32,000 nt of DNA from NCBI RefSeq assembly GCF_042660085.1, contig NZ_JBHSTI010000008.1, positions 1,719,876-1,751,875 on the forward strand. Direction: 5' to 3'. The position numbers and the translations under genes are program-made. The stretch comes from Longivirga aurantiaca. GTDB taxonomy: Bacteria; Actinomycetota; Actinomycetes; S36-B12; CAIYMF01. The notes beneath the pieces are model-generated. The model did not search any database and had not been told where the DNA came from. It saw only the letters and a program-made list of their open reading frames with translations. This document shows positions 18,381 through 31,418 of the stretch, piece after piece. The stretch's first letter is position 1. Each line of letters opens with the position of its first letter.

Positions 18381-19577
18381 TCAGATGCCGGCTGCGGCCT
18401 TGAGCGCGTCGGCGCGGTCGGTGCGCTCCCACGAGAAGTCCGGCAGCTCGCGGCCGAAGTGGCCGTACGCCGCGGTCGGCGCGTAGATCGGGCGCAGGAG
18501 GTCGAGGTCGCGGATGATCGCGGCCGGACGGAGGTCGAACACCTCGAGCACGGCTGCCTGGATGTCGCTGTCGGCCTTCACCCCGGTGCCGAAGGTCTCC
18601 ACGAACACGCCGACCGGGTGCGCCTTGCCGATCGCGTACGCGACCTGCACCTCGCAACGGCGGGCGAGCCCGGCGGCCACGACGTTCTTCGCGACCCAGC
18701 GCATCGCGTACGCCGCCGAACGGTCGACCTTGCTCGGGTCCTTGCCGGAGAACGCGCCGCCGCCGTGACGGGCCATGCCGCCGTAGGTGTCGACGATGAT
18801 CTTGCGGCCGGTGAGGCCGGCGTCGCCCATCGGGCCGCCGATCTCGAAGCGGCCGGTCGGGTTGACGAGCAGGCGGTAGCCCTCGGTGTCGATGCCGAGG
18901 CCCTCGAGCTCGGGCGCGACGACGAGCTCGGCGATGTCCGGGGTCAGCAGCGTGGCGAGGTCGATGTCGGCCGCGTGCTGCGACGACACGACGACGGTGT
19001 CGAGACGGACCGCCTTGTCGTCCTCGTCGTACTCGATAGTGACCTGGGTCTTGCCGTCCGGGCGGAGGTACGGGATCGCGCCGTCCTTGCGGACCTGCGA
19101 GAGGCGCTGGGCCAGGCGGTGCGCGAGGTGGATCGGGAGGGGCATGAGCTCGGGCGTGTCGTCGCACGCGTAGCCGAACATCAGGCCCTGGTCGCCCGCG
19201 CCCTGCTTGTCGAGGTCGTCGGTGGCGGTGCCCTCGCGGTCCTCGATCGCGTCGTCGACGCCCTGCGCGATGTCGGGGCTCTGCGCGCCGATCGCCACGT
19301 TGACGCCGCACGAGGCGCCGTCGAAGCCCTTCTTGCTGGAGTCGTAGCCGATCTCGAGGATCCGCTCGCGCACGATGGTCGGGATGTCGACCCAGCCGGT
19401 GGTGGTCACCTCGCCTGCGACGTGCACCTGGCCCGTGGTGATGAGGGTCTCCACGGCGACACGGCTGCGGGGGTCCTCCTTCAGCATCGCGTCGAGGATC
19501 GAGTCGCTGATCTGGTCAGCGATCTTGTCCGGGTGTCCCTCGGTGACGGACTCGGACGTGAACAGGCGACGGGCCAC
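18381..19577 (-). CDS. metK: S-adenosylmethionine synthase
   Basis: [30 protein letters not shown]...; GTG start. Confidence 0.99.
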   Translation of the reverse strand: MARRLFTSESVTEGHPDKIADQISDSILDAMLKEDPRSRVAVETLITTGQVHVAGEVTTTGWVDIPTIVRERILEIGYDSSKKGFDGASCGVNVAIGAQSPDIAQGVDDAIEDREGTATDDLDKQGAGDQGLMFGYACDDTPELMPLPIHLAHRLAQRLSQVRKDGAIPYLRPDGKTQVTIEYDEDDKAVRLDTVVVSSQHAADIDLATLLTPDIAELVVAPELEGLGIDTEGYRLLVNPTGRFEIGGPMGDAGLTGRKIIVDTYGGMARHGGGAFSGKDPSKVDRSAAYAMRWVAKNVVAAGLARRCEVQVAYAIGKAHPVGVFVETFGTGVKADSDIQAAVLEVFDLRPAAIIRDLDLLRPIYAPTAAYGHFGRELPDFSWERTDRADALKAAAGI

Positions 19578-19691
19578 GGCTCGTGCTCCAGTGCGGGTGC
19601 GGAGGATCGGTCGGCGACACCCTATCTGCCCCGCCGACGCCGCCGAGACGCGCGACGCCGGGCAGGAGCCAGTGGCGGCGACGCCGTCCGC

Positions 19692-20942
19692 TCAGGGGTG
19701 CAGCAACGGGACGACGGAATCCCAGACGGCCTCGGCGACGGCGCGCTTGGAGCCCTCGGGCACCTCGATGAACGAGCCGTCGGCGCCGAGCACCACGACC
19801 TCGTTGTGGTCGACCTCGAAGGCCTTGCCGTCGCCGACCTCGTTGACCACGAGGAGGTCGCAGCCCTTGCGCGCGAGCTTGGCCCGCCCGTGGTCGAGGA
19901 CCGATCCGCTGGCGTCGCCGGTCTCTGCCGCGAATCCGACGACGACCTGACGCCGCCCCTCGGCAGCACGCGCGGCGACGACCTCGGCGAGCACATCGGC
20001 GGTGCGCTCGAGGGCGATCGGGTCGGGCACTCCGCCCGCGTCGTCCTTCTTGATCTTGTGGCTCGCGACGGCCACCGGACGGAAGTCGGCCACGGCCGCT
20101 GCCATCACCACGACATCGGCGCCGGGTGCGTGCTGGAGGACGGCGCGGCGCAGGTCCTCGGCGCTCGTGACGCGCACGACGGTGGCGCCGGCGGGGTCGG
20201 GCAGGGCGACGTTGGCGCTCACCAGGACCACGCGCGCGCCCCGCGCGGCGGCGACCTCGGCGAGGGCGTACCCCTGCTTGCCGCTGCTGCGGTTGCCGAG
20301 GAAGCGGACGGGGTCGAGGTGCTCGCGGGTGCCGCCCGCAGACACCACCACCGTGCGGCCGAGCAGGTCGGGCTCCTCGCCCCGGCGGCGCAGGACGTCG
20401 AGGCAGGCCTCGAAGATCGCGCCGGGCTCGGGCAGCCGGCCGGGGCCGGTGTCCTTGCCGGTGAGGCGGCCGACGGCGGGGTCCAGCACGATCACGCCGC
20501 GGGCGCGCAGGGCCGCGACGTTGGCTCGGGTGGCCGCGTGCTCCCACATCTCGGTGTGCATCGCGGGGACCATCACGACCGGGCAGTGCGCGGTGAGCAG
20601 CACGTTGGCGAGCAGGTCGTCGGCGAGACCGGCGGCCGCGCGCGCGAGCAGGTCGGCGGTGGCGGGGGCGACGACGACGAGGTCGGCCTGCTGCCCGAGC
20701 CGCACGTGCGGCACCTCGGTGATGTCGTCCCACACCTCGGCCGACACCGGCTTGCCCGAGAGCGCCTCCCAGGTGGCCGCACCGACGAACTTCAGCGCCG
20801 CGCGGGTGGGCACCACCGTGACGTCGTGGCCGCTCTCGGTGAAGGCGCGGAGCAGCTCGGCCGCCTTGTACGCAGCGATGCCGCCGCCCACGCCCAGGAC
20901 CACGCGGGGTCGGGCAGGGGCGGCGGCATCGAGAGTCGTCAC
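19692..20942 (-). CDS. coaBC: Bifunctional phosphopantothenoylcysteine decarboxylase/phosphopantothenate-cysteine ligase
   Basis: VTTLDAAAPARPRVVLGVGGGIAAYKAAELLRAF...VVVAPATADLLARAAAGLADDLLANVLL...SAGGTREHLDPVRFLGNRSSGKQG... Confidence 0.96.
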   Translation of the reverse strand: MTTLDAAAPARPRVVLGVGGGIAAYKAAELLRAFTESGHDVTVVPTRAALKFVGAATWEALSGKPVSAEVWDDITEVPHVRLGQQADLVVVAPATADLLARAAAGLADDLLANVLLTAHCPVVMVPAMHTEMWEHAATRANVAALRARGVIVLDPAVGRLTGKDTGPGRLPEPGAIFEACLDVLRRRGEEPDLLGRTVVVSAGGTREHLDPVRFLGNRSSGKQGYALAEVAAARGARVVLVSANVALPDPAGATVVRVTSAEDLRRAVLQHAPGADVVVMAAAVADFRPVAVASHKIKKDDAGGVPDPIALERTADVLAEVVAARAAEGRRQVVVGFAAETGDASGSVLDHGRAKLARKGCDLLVVNEVGDGKAFEVDHNEVVVLGADGSFIEVPEGSKRAVAEAVWDSVVPLLHP

Positions 20943-21006
20943 GGGCACAGCCTGCCAGCAGGCGGTACCGCGGCGCGTGCGGCCGGGCGGTTCGGTCGGG
21001 CCAGGA

Positions 21007-21306
21007 TCAGAAGGTCGCGGCCGGCTCCGGGGCCGGCTCGGCCTCGGGGTCGTACGGCTCGGCGGTGAGCAGTCCGGCGTTGATCTCGCGGAGCGCGATC
21101 GACAGCGGCTTCTCCTGCACGTGGGTCTCCACGAGCGGGCCGACGTACTCGAGCAGGCCCTCGCCCAGCTGGGAGTAGTAGGCGTTGATCTGGCGCGCGC
21201 GCTTGGACGCGTACAGCACCAGCGAGTACTTCGAGTCGGTGGCCTCGAGGAGCTCGTCGATCGGCGGGTTGGTGATGCCCTCGGGGGCAGAGGCGGTGCC
21301 GGACAC
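21007..21306 (-). CDS. rpoZ: DNA-directed RNA polymerase omega subunit
   Basis: [47 protein letters not shown]...[10 protein letters not shown]; 99 aa. Confidence 0.97.
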   Translation of the reverse strand: MSGTASAPEGITNPPIDELLEATDSKYSLVLYASKRARQINAYYSQLGEGLLEYVGPLVETHVQEKPLSIALREINAGLLTAEPYDPEAEPAPEPAATF

Positions 21307-21399
21307 GCGGGCGCCTTTCCTTCGGTACTGCGGGACGGAGCGCGCGCCGGGGTGCCGACGCGCACGTGGAACGGGCCTTCGAGAGGGCGTTCGCCCTGG

Positions 21400-21978
21400 T
21401 CAGGAGCCTGCGGCCGGGTCACCCGGGGCGTGCAGACCCATCAAGTCTAGCAAGGACGCGACCGCACCCTCGACCGACGCGTTCACGACGGTCGCGTCGA
21501 ACTCCGACTCGGCCGCCAGCTCGACCTTCGCGGTCTCCAGCCGACGGGCGATGACCTCGGCAGGCTCGGTGCCGCGCCCGACCAGCCGGCGCACCAGCTC
21601 GTCCCAGGACGGGGGCGCCAGGAACACCAGCAGGGCCTCGGGCATCGAGGCCCGGACCTGGCGCGCGCCCTGCAGCTCGATCTCCAGGAGGACGGCCACG
21701 CCGGCCTCGAGCCGCTCGATCACCGGGCGCCGGGGCGTGCCGTAGAAGTTGCCCGCGAACTCGGCGTACTCGAGGAGCTCGCCGTGCTCGACCATCCGCG
21801 CGAACTCGGCGTGATCGACGAAGAAGTAGTTGACCCCGTGCGTCTCCCCCGGCCGCGGGCGGCGGGTGGTGGCGGACACCGACAGCCAGACGTCGGGCCG
21901 CGCGGCGCGCAGGCCCTGGACGACCGTGCTCTTGCCGACCCCGGACGGGCCCGACAGGACGGTGAGCCGTGCGGTCAG
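21400..21978 (-). CDS. gmk: Guanylate kinase, probable CUG start codon; the track start at 21879 cuts off the P-loop
   Basis: In-frame translation from CTG 21978: (M)[58 protein letters not shown]... Confidence 0.93.
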   Translation of the reverse strand: MTARLTVLSGPSGVGKSTVVQGLRAARPDVWLSVSATTRRPRPGETHGVNYFFVDHAEFARMVEHGELLEYAEFAGNFYGTPRRPVIERLEAGVAVLLEIELQGARQVRASMPEALLVFLAPPSWDELVRRLVGRGTEPAEVIARRLETAKVELAAESEFDATVVNASVEGAVASLLDLMGLHAPGDPAAGS

Positions 21979-22289
21979 GAGGAGAACTCCTTCTCCAGGG
22001 CCGCGATCTGGTGCGTGCCGAGGCCGCGAACCCGGCGGTTCTCGGCGATCTGCAGCCGCTCCATGATCTCGGCGGCGCGCACCTTGCCGACGCCGGGCAT
22101 GGACTCGAGCAGCGCCGAGACCTTCATCTTCCCGATGATGTCGTCGGTCTGCCCGGCGGCGATGACCTCGCCGATCGAGGCGCCCGAGCGCTTGAGGCGG
22201 TTCTTCACCTCGGCACGCACACGGCGCGCCTCGGCCGCCTTCTCCAGCGCGGCGGCGCGCTGCTCAGGGGTCAGGGGCGGAAGGGCCAC
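21975..22289 (-). CDS. mihF: Actinobacterial integration host factor mIHF
   Basis: [43 protein letters not shown]...[38 protein letters not shown]. Confidence 0.97.
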   Translation of the reverse strand: MALPPLTPEQRAAALEKAAEARRVRAEVKNRLKRSGASIGEVIAAGQTDDIIGKMKVSALLESMPGVGKVRAAEIMERLQIAENRRVRGLGTHQIAALEKEFSS

Positions 22290-22398
22290 AGCCGTCCTCT
22301 CGTCGGGAACGAAGGTGACCCTAGCGATCTTCGAGCCCTGTGGTGAAGCGAACGGGGCCGGGCGTGAGGTGAGGCCGTCCGGACGGCGTCACCGCAGG

Positions 22399-22671
22399 TC
22401 AGGGCATCGTGTCGGGCTGAACGTCGAACTCGACGGTGCCGGGCATCTCGAGCTGCTGCGCTCGCAGCCCCACGCGGTAGGTGGCGGTCGCAGGCCCGAT
22501 CGCCAACGGCTCGGTCGTGAGCGGCTCGGCCAGGAGCAGGACCTGCTGGGTGGCGAGGTCGACGGCCTGCCCCTGCACGAACGGGGTGATGCTCGAGCAG
22601 ATGTCGCCGTAGCCGCTGGCGCCGGTGACGAGGGCCGAACCGATGCGGCCGTTGCCCGCGAGGTCGCACAC
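22399..22671 (-). CDS. Short hypothetical protein or 5'-truncated remnant of a secreted-protein gene
   Basis: Protein-like frame VCDLAGNGRIGSALVTGASGYGDICSSITPFVQGQAVDLATQQVLLLAEPLTTEPLAIGPATATYRVGLRAQQLEMPGTVEFDVQPDTMP; no signal peptide or convincing start, and the frame becomes Arg/His-rich and non-protein-like upstream. Confidence 0.4.
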   Translation of the reverse strand: MCDLAGNGRIGSALVTGASGYGDICSSITPFVQGQAVDLATQQVLLLAEPLTTEPLAIGPATATYRVGLRAQQLEMPGTVEFDVQPDTMP

Positions 22672-22700
22672 CGGCCACCCATGCCATCCCCCGCGATGCC

Positions 22701-22734
22701 GGCCGCAGGGCCCCGCGCTCGGAGCCCTGCGGCC
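22701..22734 (-). terminator. Hairpin terminator just downstream of CDS 22743..23294
   Basis: ggccgcagggc (22701-22711) pairs with gccctgcggcc (22724-22734); 11-bp stem, 12-nt loop, 8 nt after the stop codon. Confidence 0.6.
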
Positions 22735-22742
22735 AGAATGCC

Positions 22743-23294
22743 TTACGCGGACAAGGGAATGCGGCTGATCGTGAAGGTCGACGCGGCCGGGTGGCTGTCG
22801 GAGTCGCCGAGGTGGATCCTCATCGGGTCGATGGGCCTGCCGTTGACGGTGAGGGTGAAGGTCACGCGCTCGGAGCAGCGCGGCGTGAAGTCGAGCCCGT
22901 CGATGCCGCCGTAGTTGACGAGCGTGAACGCGGTGGTCTTGCGGTCGGCGCTGCGCCACACGCGGTCACGTGCCTCGTTGCGGACGCCGATGACGGTCGT
23001 CTGCGCCGAGGTGCGGATGGTGCCGGCGTACACGGCGCGCGTGCCGGGCTTGTGCGTCACCCGCAGGTGCCAGCCGTTGGAGTCCTTCCAGATCCAGTAG
23101 CCGCTCGAGAGACCGGCCGTGAAGTCGGCCGGGCGGCCGGTGATCTCGTCGGGCAGCGTGCCGGTGGCGCATCCCGTGGTCGTGGTGGGCGTGGTGGTGG
23201 ACGCCTGCGCGGCCGGCGTCGCGACGACGGCGAGCGACGTGCCGAGCGCGAGCGCGCCCAGCACGGCGGTGGTGCGGCGGACGATGGTGGTCAT
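22743..23294 (-). CDS. Hypothetical secreted protein (183 aa) with Sec-type signal peptide
   Basis: MTTIVRRTTAVLGALALGTSLAVVATPAAQA|STTTPTTTTGCATG...GYWIWKDSNGWHLRVTHKPGTRAVYAGTIRTSAQ...; signal peptide with an AxA-type cleavage site. Confidence 0.82.
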   Translation of the reverse strand: MTTIVRRTTAVLGALALGTSLAVVATPAAQASTTTPTTTTGCATGTLPDEITGRPADFTAGLSSGYWIWKDSNGWHLRVTHKPGTRAVYAGTIRTSAQTTVIGVRNEARDRVWRSADRKTTAFTLVNYGGIDGLDFTPRCSERVTFTLTVNGRPIDPMRIHLGDSDSHPAASTFTISRIPLSA

Positions 23295-23406
23295 GGTGCC
23301 CCCTTGCTGTGCGGTCGGGTCCCTCCCGGCCTGACGCGAGGACTCTCGACCGCGGAGGTTGTGGGGGCGTGGGCGTCGTGTCAGAGGCGTGTAAGGGCTA
23401 CGCCGG

Positions 23407-23610
23407 TCACATGCCGATCGCGGCGGGGGTGATGTCGAGGCTCACGCTGCTCACGATCAGCCAGGCGATACCAGCGGCGAGGCCGGCACCGAGAAGCGCC
23501 GCGAGCAGCGGCAGGACGAGGTACCCGCGCCCCCGAAGGACGACCGTCGTCCCGGTGGTCGGTGTGGGGACGACGTGCTCGGTGGTCCTGTCGGTGGTCG
23601 GTGTGCTCAT
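23407..23610 (-). CDS. Small predicted single-pass membrane protein (67 aa)
   Basis: MSTPTTDRTTEHVVPTPTTGTTVVLRGRGYLVLPLLAALLGAGLAAGIAWLIVSSVSLDITPAAIGM; GGGAG RBS upstream. Confidence 0.7.
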   Translation of the reverse strand: MSTPTTDRTTEHVVPTPTTGTTVVLRGRGYLVLPLLAALLGAGLAAGIAWLIVSSVSLDITPAAIGM

Positions 23611-23761
23611 GGCGGGTCTCCCCTGAACGGGGCCGCACCCGGTCGGCGCGGCTCGCTCCCCCGACAGTCGCCGGGTCATGTTGCGCGCACGTGGTCAGCA
23701 CGTTCGGGGGCGGTAAACCCCGCGTGGCACACGGGTGACGAGGACCACTAGCGTCCGGCTC

Positions 23762-24262
23762 ATGAGCCACGAGATACGGCGCGCGACCCACGGCGACGTG
23801 CCCTCGCTCGCGGCAGTCCTCCTCGGGGTGGTGCGTGGTGGCGCGAGCGTCGGCTTCATGGCCGACGTGACCCCGGCCGACGCCGAGCAGTTCTGGTCGG
23901 CGCACCTGGCCAACCCGTCCAACGTCGTGCTCGTCGCGACCGACGGACGCGCGGTGATCGGTACCGGCACCCTGGCGCTGGCGGGGCTTCCGAACGGCCG
24001 GCACCGGGCCGAGGTCGCCAAGCTGCTGGTGCGGCCGGACGCGCAGGGCCACGGCGTCGGGCGCGAGCTGCTCGCGGCGCTCGAGGCCGAGGCGCGGTCG
24101 CACGGACGGCGCACCCTCGTGCTCGACACGGTGACCGGGTCGCCCGCGCAGCGGCTCTACGAGAGCGCAGGCTGGACCGTGGTGGGCGTGATCGACGACT
24201 ACGCCGACCTGCCCGACGGCACGCCCTCGCCAACGACGTACCTCACCAAGCGCCTCGTCTGA
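23762..24262 (+). CDS. GNAT family N-acetyltransferase
   Basis: MSHEIRRATHGDVPSLAAVLLGV...RAEVAKLLVRPDAQGHGVGRELLAALEAEARSHGRRTLVLDTVTGSPAQRLYESAGWTVVG; acetyl-CoA-binding motif RPDAQGHGVG. Confidence 0.93.
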   Translation: MSHEIRRATHGDVPSLAAVLLGVVRGGASVGFMADVTPADAEQFWSAHLANPSNVVLVATDGRAVIGTGTLALAGLPNGRHRAEVAKLLVRPDAQGHGVGRELLAALEAEARSHGRRTLVLDTVTGSPAQRLYESAGWTVVGVIDDYADLPDGTPSPTTYLTKRLV

Positions 24263-24272
24263 TGGCGGACTT

Positions 24273-24312
24273 GGTAGTGACATCTCGCGCTCTGCCGCGA
24301 GATTCCACTACC
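24273..24312. terminator. Candidate bidirectional terminator between the plus-strand GNAT and pyrF
   Basis: ggtagtg-ac-atctcgcg-ctctgc-cgcgagat-tc-cactacc: 7 bp + 8 bp stem with one 2x2 internal loop, at the convergent gene junction. Confidence 0.65.
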
Positions 24313-25000
24313 GAATCGTCAGCGAGGCGGCTATCTGGGCGGCAGCAGCGGCGACGTCGGGGGCGCCGGTGATCGGGCGGCCGATCACGAGGAGGTCGGC
24401 GCCGTCGGCGAGCGCCTGCTCGGGCGTGGCGACGCGCTGCTGGTCGCCGAGCGCGGCGCCGGCCGGGCGGACACCGGGCGTGATGAGCACGACGTCGCGC
24501 GGAACCTCGGCGCGGATCGCCGCGACCTCCTGCGGCGAGCAGACGATCGCGCGCGCGCCGGCGCCCACCGCGAGCAGCGCGAGGCGGCGGGCGGCATCGA
24601 TCGCCGGACCGAGCAGACCGACGGCGGCGAGATCGTCCTCGCTCATCGACGTGAGCACGGTGACGGCGGTGACGCGGGTGTCGGGCAGCGCATCGGCGGC
24701 CGCGCGCACCATCGCCGCTCCCCCGGACGCGTGGACGGTGAGGTACGTCGGCGCCAGGTGCGCCACCGAGCGCGCCGCTCCGCCGACGGTGTTGGGGATG
24801 TCGTGCAGCTTGAGGTCGAGGAACACGTCGCGACCGCCGGACGCGTCGCGCGCGGCGTGCACCGCGGCGTCGCCGTCGCGGAGGTAGGTCTCGAGACCGA
24901 CCTTCATCGTCGAGACGTACGGGCCGGCCGCTGCCGCCCAGCCGGTGATGGTCGCGAGGTCTGGCCCGTCGAGCGCGACGGCCACCGGCGCGAGGGTCAC
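24308..25000 (-). CDS. pyrF: Orotidine 5'-phosphate decarboxylase
   Basis: VTLAPVAVALDGPDLATITGWAAAAGPYVSTMKVGLETYL...DVFLDLKLHDIPNTVGGAARSV...ITPGVRP. Confidence 0.96.
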   Translation of the reverse strand: MTLAPVAVALDGPDLATITGWAAAAGPYVSTMKVGLETYLRDGDAAVHAARDASGGRDVFLDLKLHDIPNTVGGAARSVAHLAPTYLTVHASGGAAMVRAAADALPDTRVTAVTVLTSMSEDDLAAVGLLGPAIDAARRLALLAVGAGARAIVCSPQEVAAIRAEVPRDVVLITPGVRPAGAALGDQQRVATPEQALADGADLLVIGRPITGAPDVAAAAAQIAASLTIR

Positions 25001-26067
25001 CCCTCCACCCCCGCCTCGATCGCGTCGTCCGCGGTGCCGGTCTCGTCGTGGTCGACCACGGGGCCGCCGGGCGAGGGAGCGGGGTCGGGCAGGCGGTGCG
25101 CGTAGCCGACGGCGTCCGAGAGGCTGTCGAAGCCCCGGTCGGCGAGGGCCACCGCGAGCTCGCGCGAGACGCGCAGCGGTGCCGACGGGTCGTGGAAGGT
25201 CACGGTGCCGACCGACACGGCCGAGGCGCCGGCGAGGATGAACTCGAGGGCGTCGAGCCCGGTGCGGATGCCGCCCATCCCCAGGATCGGGATGTCGGGC
25301 ATGGCTGCGCGCACCTGGTAGACGCAGCGGACGGCCACGGGGCGGATCGCCGGGCCGGACAGGCCGCCGGTGACTCCGGCGAGTGCCGGGCGCATCGTGT
25401 CGGTGTCGATCACCATTCCGAGCAGCGTGTTGATCATCGACAGGCCGTCGGCGCCGGCCTTCACCACGGCCTGGGCGATCTCGACGATGTCGGTGACATC
25501 GGGAGAGAGCTTGGCGAGCACCGGGATCCCCGGGTTGGTGTTGCGGCGGACCGCGGTGATGACCTCGGCGGCCGACACCGGGTGGCAGGCGAAGACCTGA
25601 CCGCGGCTCTCGACGTTGGGGCACGAGATGTTGACCTCGATGGCCGCGATGTCGGTGACGTGCCGCAGCTTGGAGGCGATGCGGGTGTACTCGTCGACCG
25701 AGCCGCCGGCGATCGACACGATCGCGCGGGCGCCACGCTCGCGCAGCCACGCGAGGTCCTTGTCGAGGAACGCCTCGAGGCCCGGGCCCTGCAGGCCGAT
25801 CGAGTTGAGCATCCCGCTCGGCGTCTCGGCCATGCGCGGGGTGGGGCGCCCCGAGCGCGGGTTGAGCATGATGCTCTTGGTGACGATCCCACCGATCTCG
25901 GTGATGTCGAAGAACTGGTCGAGCTCCTTGCCCGCGGCCGAGCAGCCGGACGCCGTCAGCACCGGCGACGGCAGCGCGAGGCCGGCGAGGTCGGTGCTCA
26001 TGTCGATGTCGGGCAGGTCGGTGAACGAGCCCGGACGGGGCCCGTGGGTGATCACGGCGCGCGTCAT
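24997..26067 (-). CDS. pyrD: Dihydroorotate dehydrogenase, catalytic subunit (class 1B)
   Basis: ...STDLAGLALPSPVLTASGCSAAGKELDQFFD...GLQGPGLEAFLDKDL...VNISCPNVESRG...; adjacent to pyrK. Confidence 0.96.
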   Translation of the reverse strand: MTRAVITHGPRPGSFTDLPDIDMSTDLAGLALPSPVLTASGCSAAGKELDQFFDITEIGGIVTKSIMLNPRSGRPTPRMAETPSGMLNSIGLQGPGLEAFLDKDLAWLRERGARAIVSIAGGSVDEYTRIASKLRHVTDIAAIEVNISCPNVESRGQVFACHPVSAAEVITAVRRNTNPGIPVLAKLSPDVTDIVEIAQAVVKAGADGLSMINTLLGMVIDTDTMRPALAGVTGGLSGPAIRPVAVRCVYQVRAAMPDIPILGMGGIRTGLDALEFILAGASAVSVGTVTFHDPSAPLRVSRELAVALADRGFDSLSDAVGYAHRLPDPAPSPGGPVVDHDETGTADDAIEAGVEG

Positions 26068-26941
26068 CAGTGGCCTCCGACCTGGGGTGCGCCCAGCGTG
26101 TCGGGCGGGATGGTGCCCACCTCGTCCCAGCGCACGCGGTCGCCGCGGAAGACCGGGCCCTCGACGCACGAGCGCAGCATGCGGGTGACGCCGTCGTCGC
26201 CGATCACCGGCAGGACGCACGTCATGCAGATGCCGATCCCGCAGGCCATGGCCTCCTCGACCGCGCACTGCGAGTGCGCGCCCTGTGCCGCCGCGACCTC
26301 GGCCACCGAGCGCAGCATCGCCATGGGGCCGCAGGCGTACACGACGTCGGCGTCCACCCGCTCCATGACGGCGGGCAGGACGTCGGTCACGCGGCCCTTC
26401 TCGCCGAGCGAACCGTCGTCGGTGGTGATGGTGAGGGTGGCGGCGATGCGCTTGGCGTCGAGGACGCCGAACAGCTTGCTCTCGGTCGAGGCGCCGAGCA
26501 CGACGTCGACGCGGCAGCCGCGGGCGCGCAGCTGGTCGGCGAGCATGAACATCGGGGCCGAGCCGTAGCCGCCGGCGACGAGCACGCACGACACCGGCTG
26601 CTTCGGCAGTGCGAACGGACGGCCCAGCGGGCCGACGACGTCGACCTGGTCGCCGCGGTGCAGCTTGGACAGCCACTCGGTGCCCTTGCCGTGGGTCGCG
26701 AACACGACCTCGACCGTGCCGCCGTACACGCCGCGGCTCTGCACCGAGTGGATGGAGAACGCACGACGCAGCAGCATCGACGAGCTGGGCCCGCCCACCG
26801 CCAGCGCCACGAAGTGGCCGGGGCGCGTCGCCTCGGGGATGCCCGGGGCGGTCAGGGTGAGCACCTGGTACTCCCCCACGCGGCGGAGCCCGAGCACCTC
26901 GCCCATGACCTGGACCGGGCCCGTCTTCGCCTGTGCCGTCG

Positions 26942-26945
<4 letters not shown>
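26067..26945 (-). CDS. pyrK: Dihydroorotate dehydrogenase electron transfer subunit
   Basis: ...[12 protein letters not shown]...[11 protein letters not shown]...ACGPMAMLR...[22 protein letters not shown]...RSCVEGPVF (2Fe-2S cysteines). Confidence 0.95.
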
Positions 26946-30275
<3,330 letters not shown>

Positions 30276-30289
<14 letters not shown>

Positions 30290-31418
30290 GAGCGGCCTCC
30301 ATCAGGTCGCAGAAACGGTCGAACAGGTACGCCGAGTCGTGCGGACCGGCGGCGGCCTCCGGGTGGTACTGCACCGAGAAGGCGGGGAGGTCGAGCGCGC
30401 GCAGGCCCTCGACGACGTCGTCGTTGAGGCACACGTGGCTGACCTCGACCCGGCCGTACGGCGTGTCGCTCACGCGGTCGGTCGGCGCGTCGACGGCGAA
30501 GCCGTGGTTCTGCGCGGTGATCTCGACCTTGCCGGTGGTGCGGTCCATCACCGGCACGTTGATGCCGCGGTGGCCGTAGCGCAGCTTGTAGGTGCCGAAG
30601 CCGAAGGCGCGGCCGAGCACCTGGTTGCCGAAGCAGATCCCGAACACCGGGCGGCGCGCGTCGAGCGCGGCCTTCACGAGGTCGACCGCGTGGTCGGCGG
30701 TGGCCGGGTCGCCGGGGCCGTTGCTGAAGAAGACGCCGTCGACCCCGACCTCGAGCAGCCGCTCGGGCGTGATGGTGGAGGGCACGACGTGCACCTCGAT
30801 GCCGCGCTCGGCCATGTGCCGCGGGGTCGCGCCCTTGATGCCGAGGTCGACCGCCGCGACGGTGAAGCGCTTCTCCCCCACCGCAGGGATGACCTCGTCG
30901 ACGTCGGTGCTGACCTCGTCGGCCAGCGCCGCACCGACCATCTGCGGGCTCGCGTGCACCTGGGCGAGCAGCTCGTCGACGGGGCGCTCGGCGGCCGCGC
31001 CGCTGAAGACGCCGACGCGCATCGCGCCGCGCTCGCGCAGGTGGCGGGTGAGCGCGCGGGTGTCGACGTCGCTGATGCCGACGATCCCCTGCGCCTCGAG
31101 CTCCTCGTCGAGGGTGCGCTCGCTGCGCCAGTTCGACGCGATGCGGGAGGGGTCGCGCACGACGTACCCGGCCACCCAGATCCGCCGCGACTCGGCGTCG
31201 GCGTCGTTCACGCCGTAGTTGCCGATGTGCGGAGAGGTCTGCACGACCACCTGGCGGTGGTACGACGGGTCGGTGATCGTCTCCTGGTAGCCGGACATGC
31301 CCGTGGTGAACACGGCCTCGCCGAACGTCTCGCCGACGGCGCCGTACGAGCGGCCGCGGAAGACCCGGCCGTCCTCGAGCACCAGCAGCGCCGGTGCGGC
31401 ATCGAGCACCCCGGTCAT
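30276..31418 (-). CDS. carA: Carbamoyl-phosphate synthase small subunit
   Basis: [53 protein letters not shown]...[13 protein letters not shown]...[12 protein letters not shown]. Confidence 0.98.

Noticed and set aside
17862-21068. 1068-aa plus-strand ORF opposite the GNAT, metK and coaBC genes
   Set aside because: Arg/Asp/Gly/Ala-rich shadow ORF on the antisense strand of clearly identified genes; typical of GC-rich DNA with high third-position GC.
22271-22687. 138-aa minus-strand ORF overlapping the mihF upstream region
   Set aside because: Composition is Arg/His/Ala-rich and it overlaps the more protein-like frame at 22399..22671; no RBS or domain.
30592-30800. Apparent departure at the CarA nucleophile motif (GICFGNQ rather than GICLGHQ)
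   Set aside because: The catalytic Cys is present and GICFGNQ is, to my knowledge, a normal actinobacterial variant of CarA.
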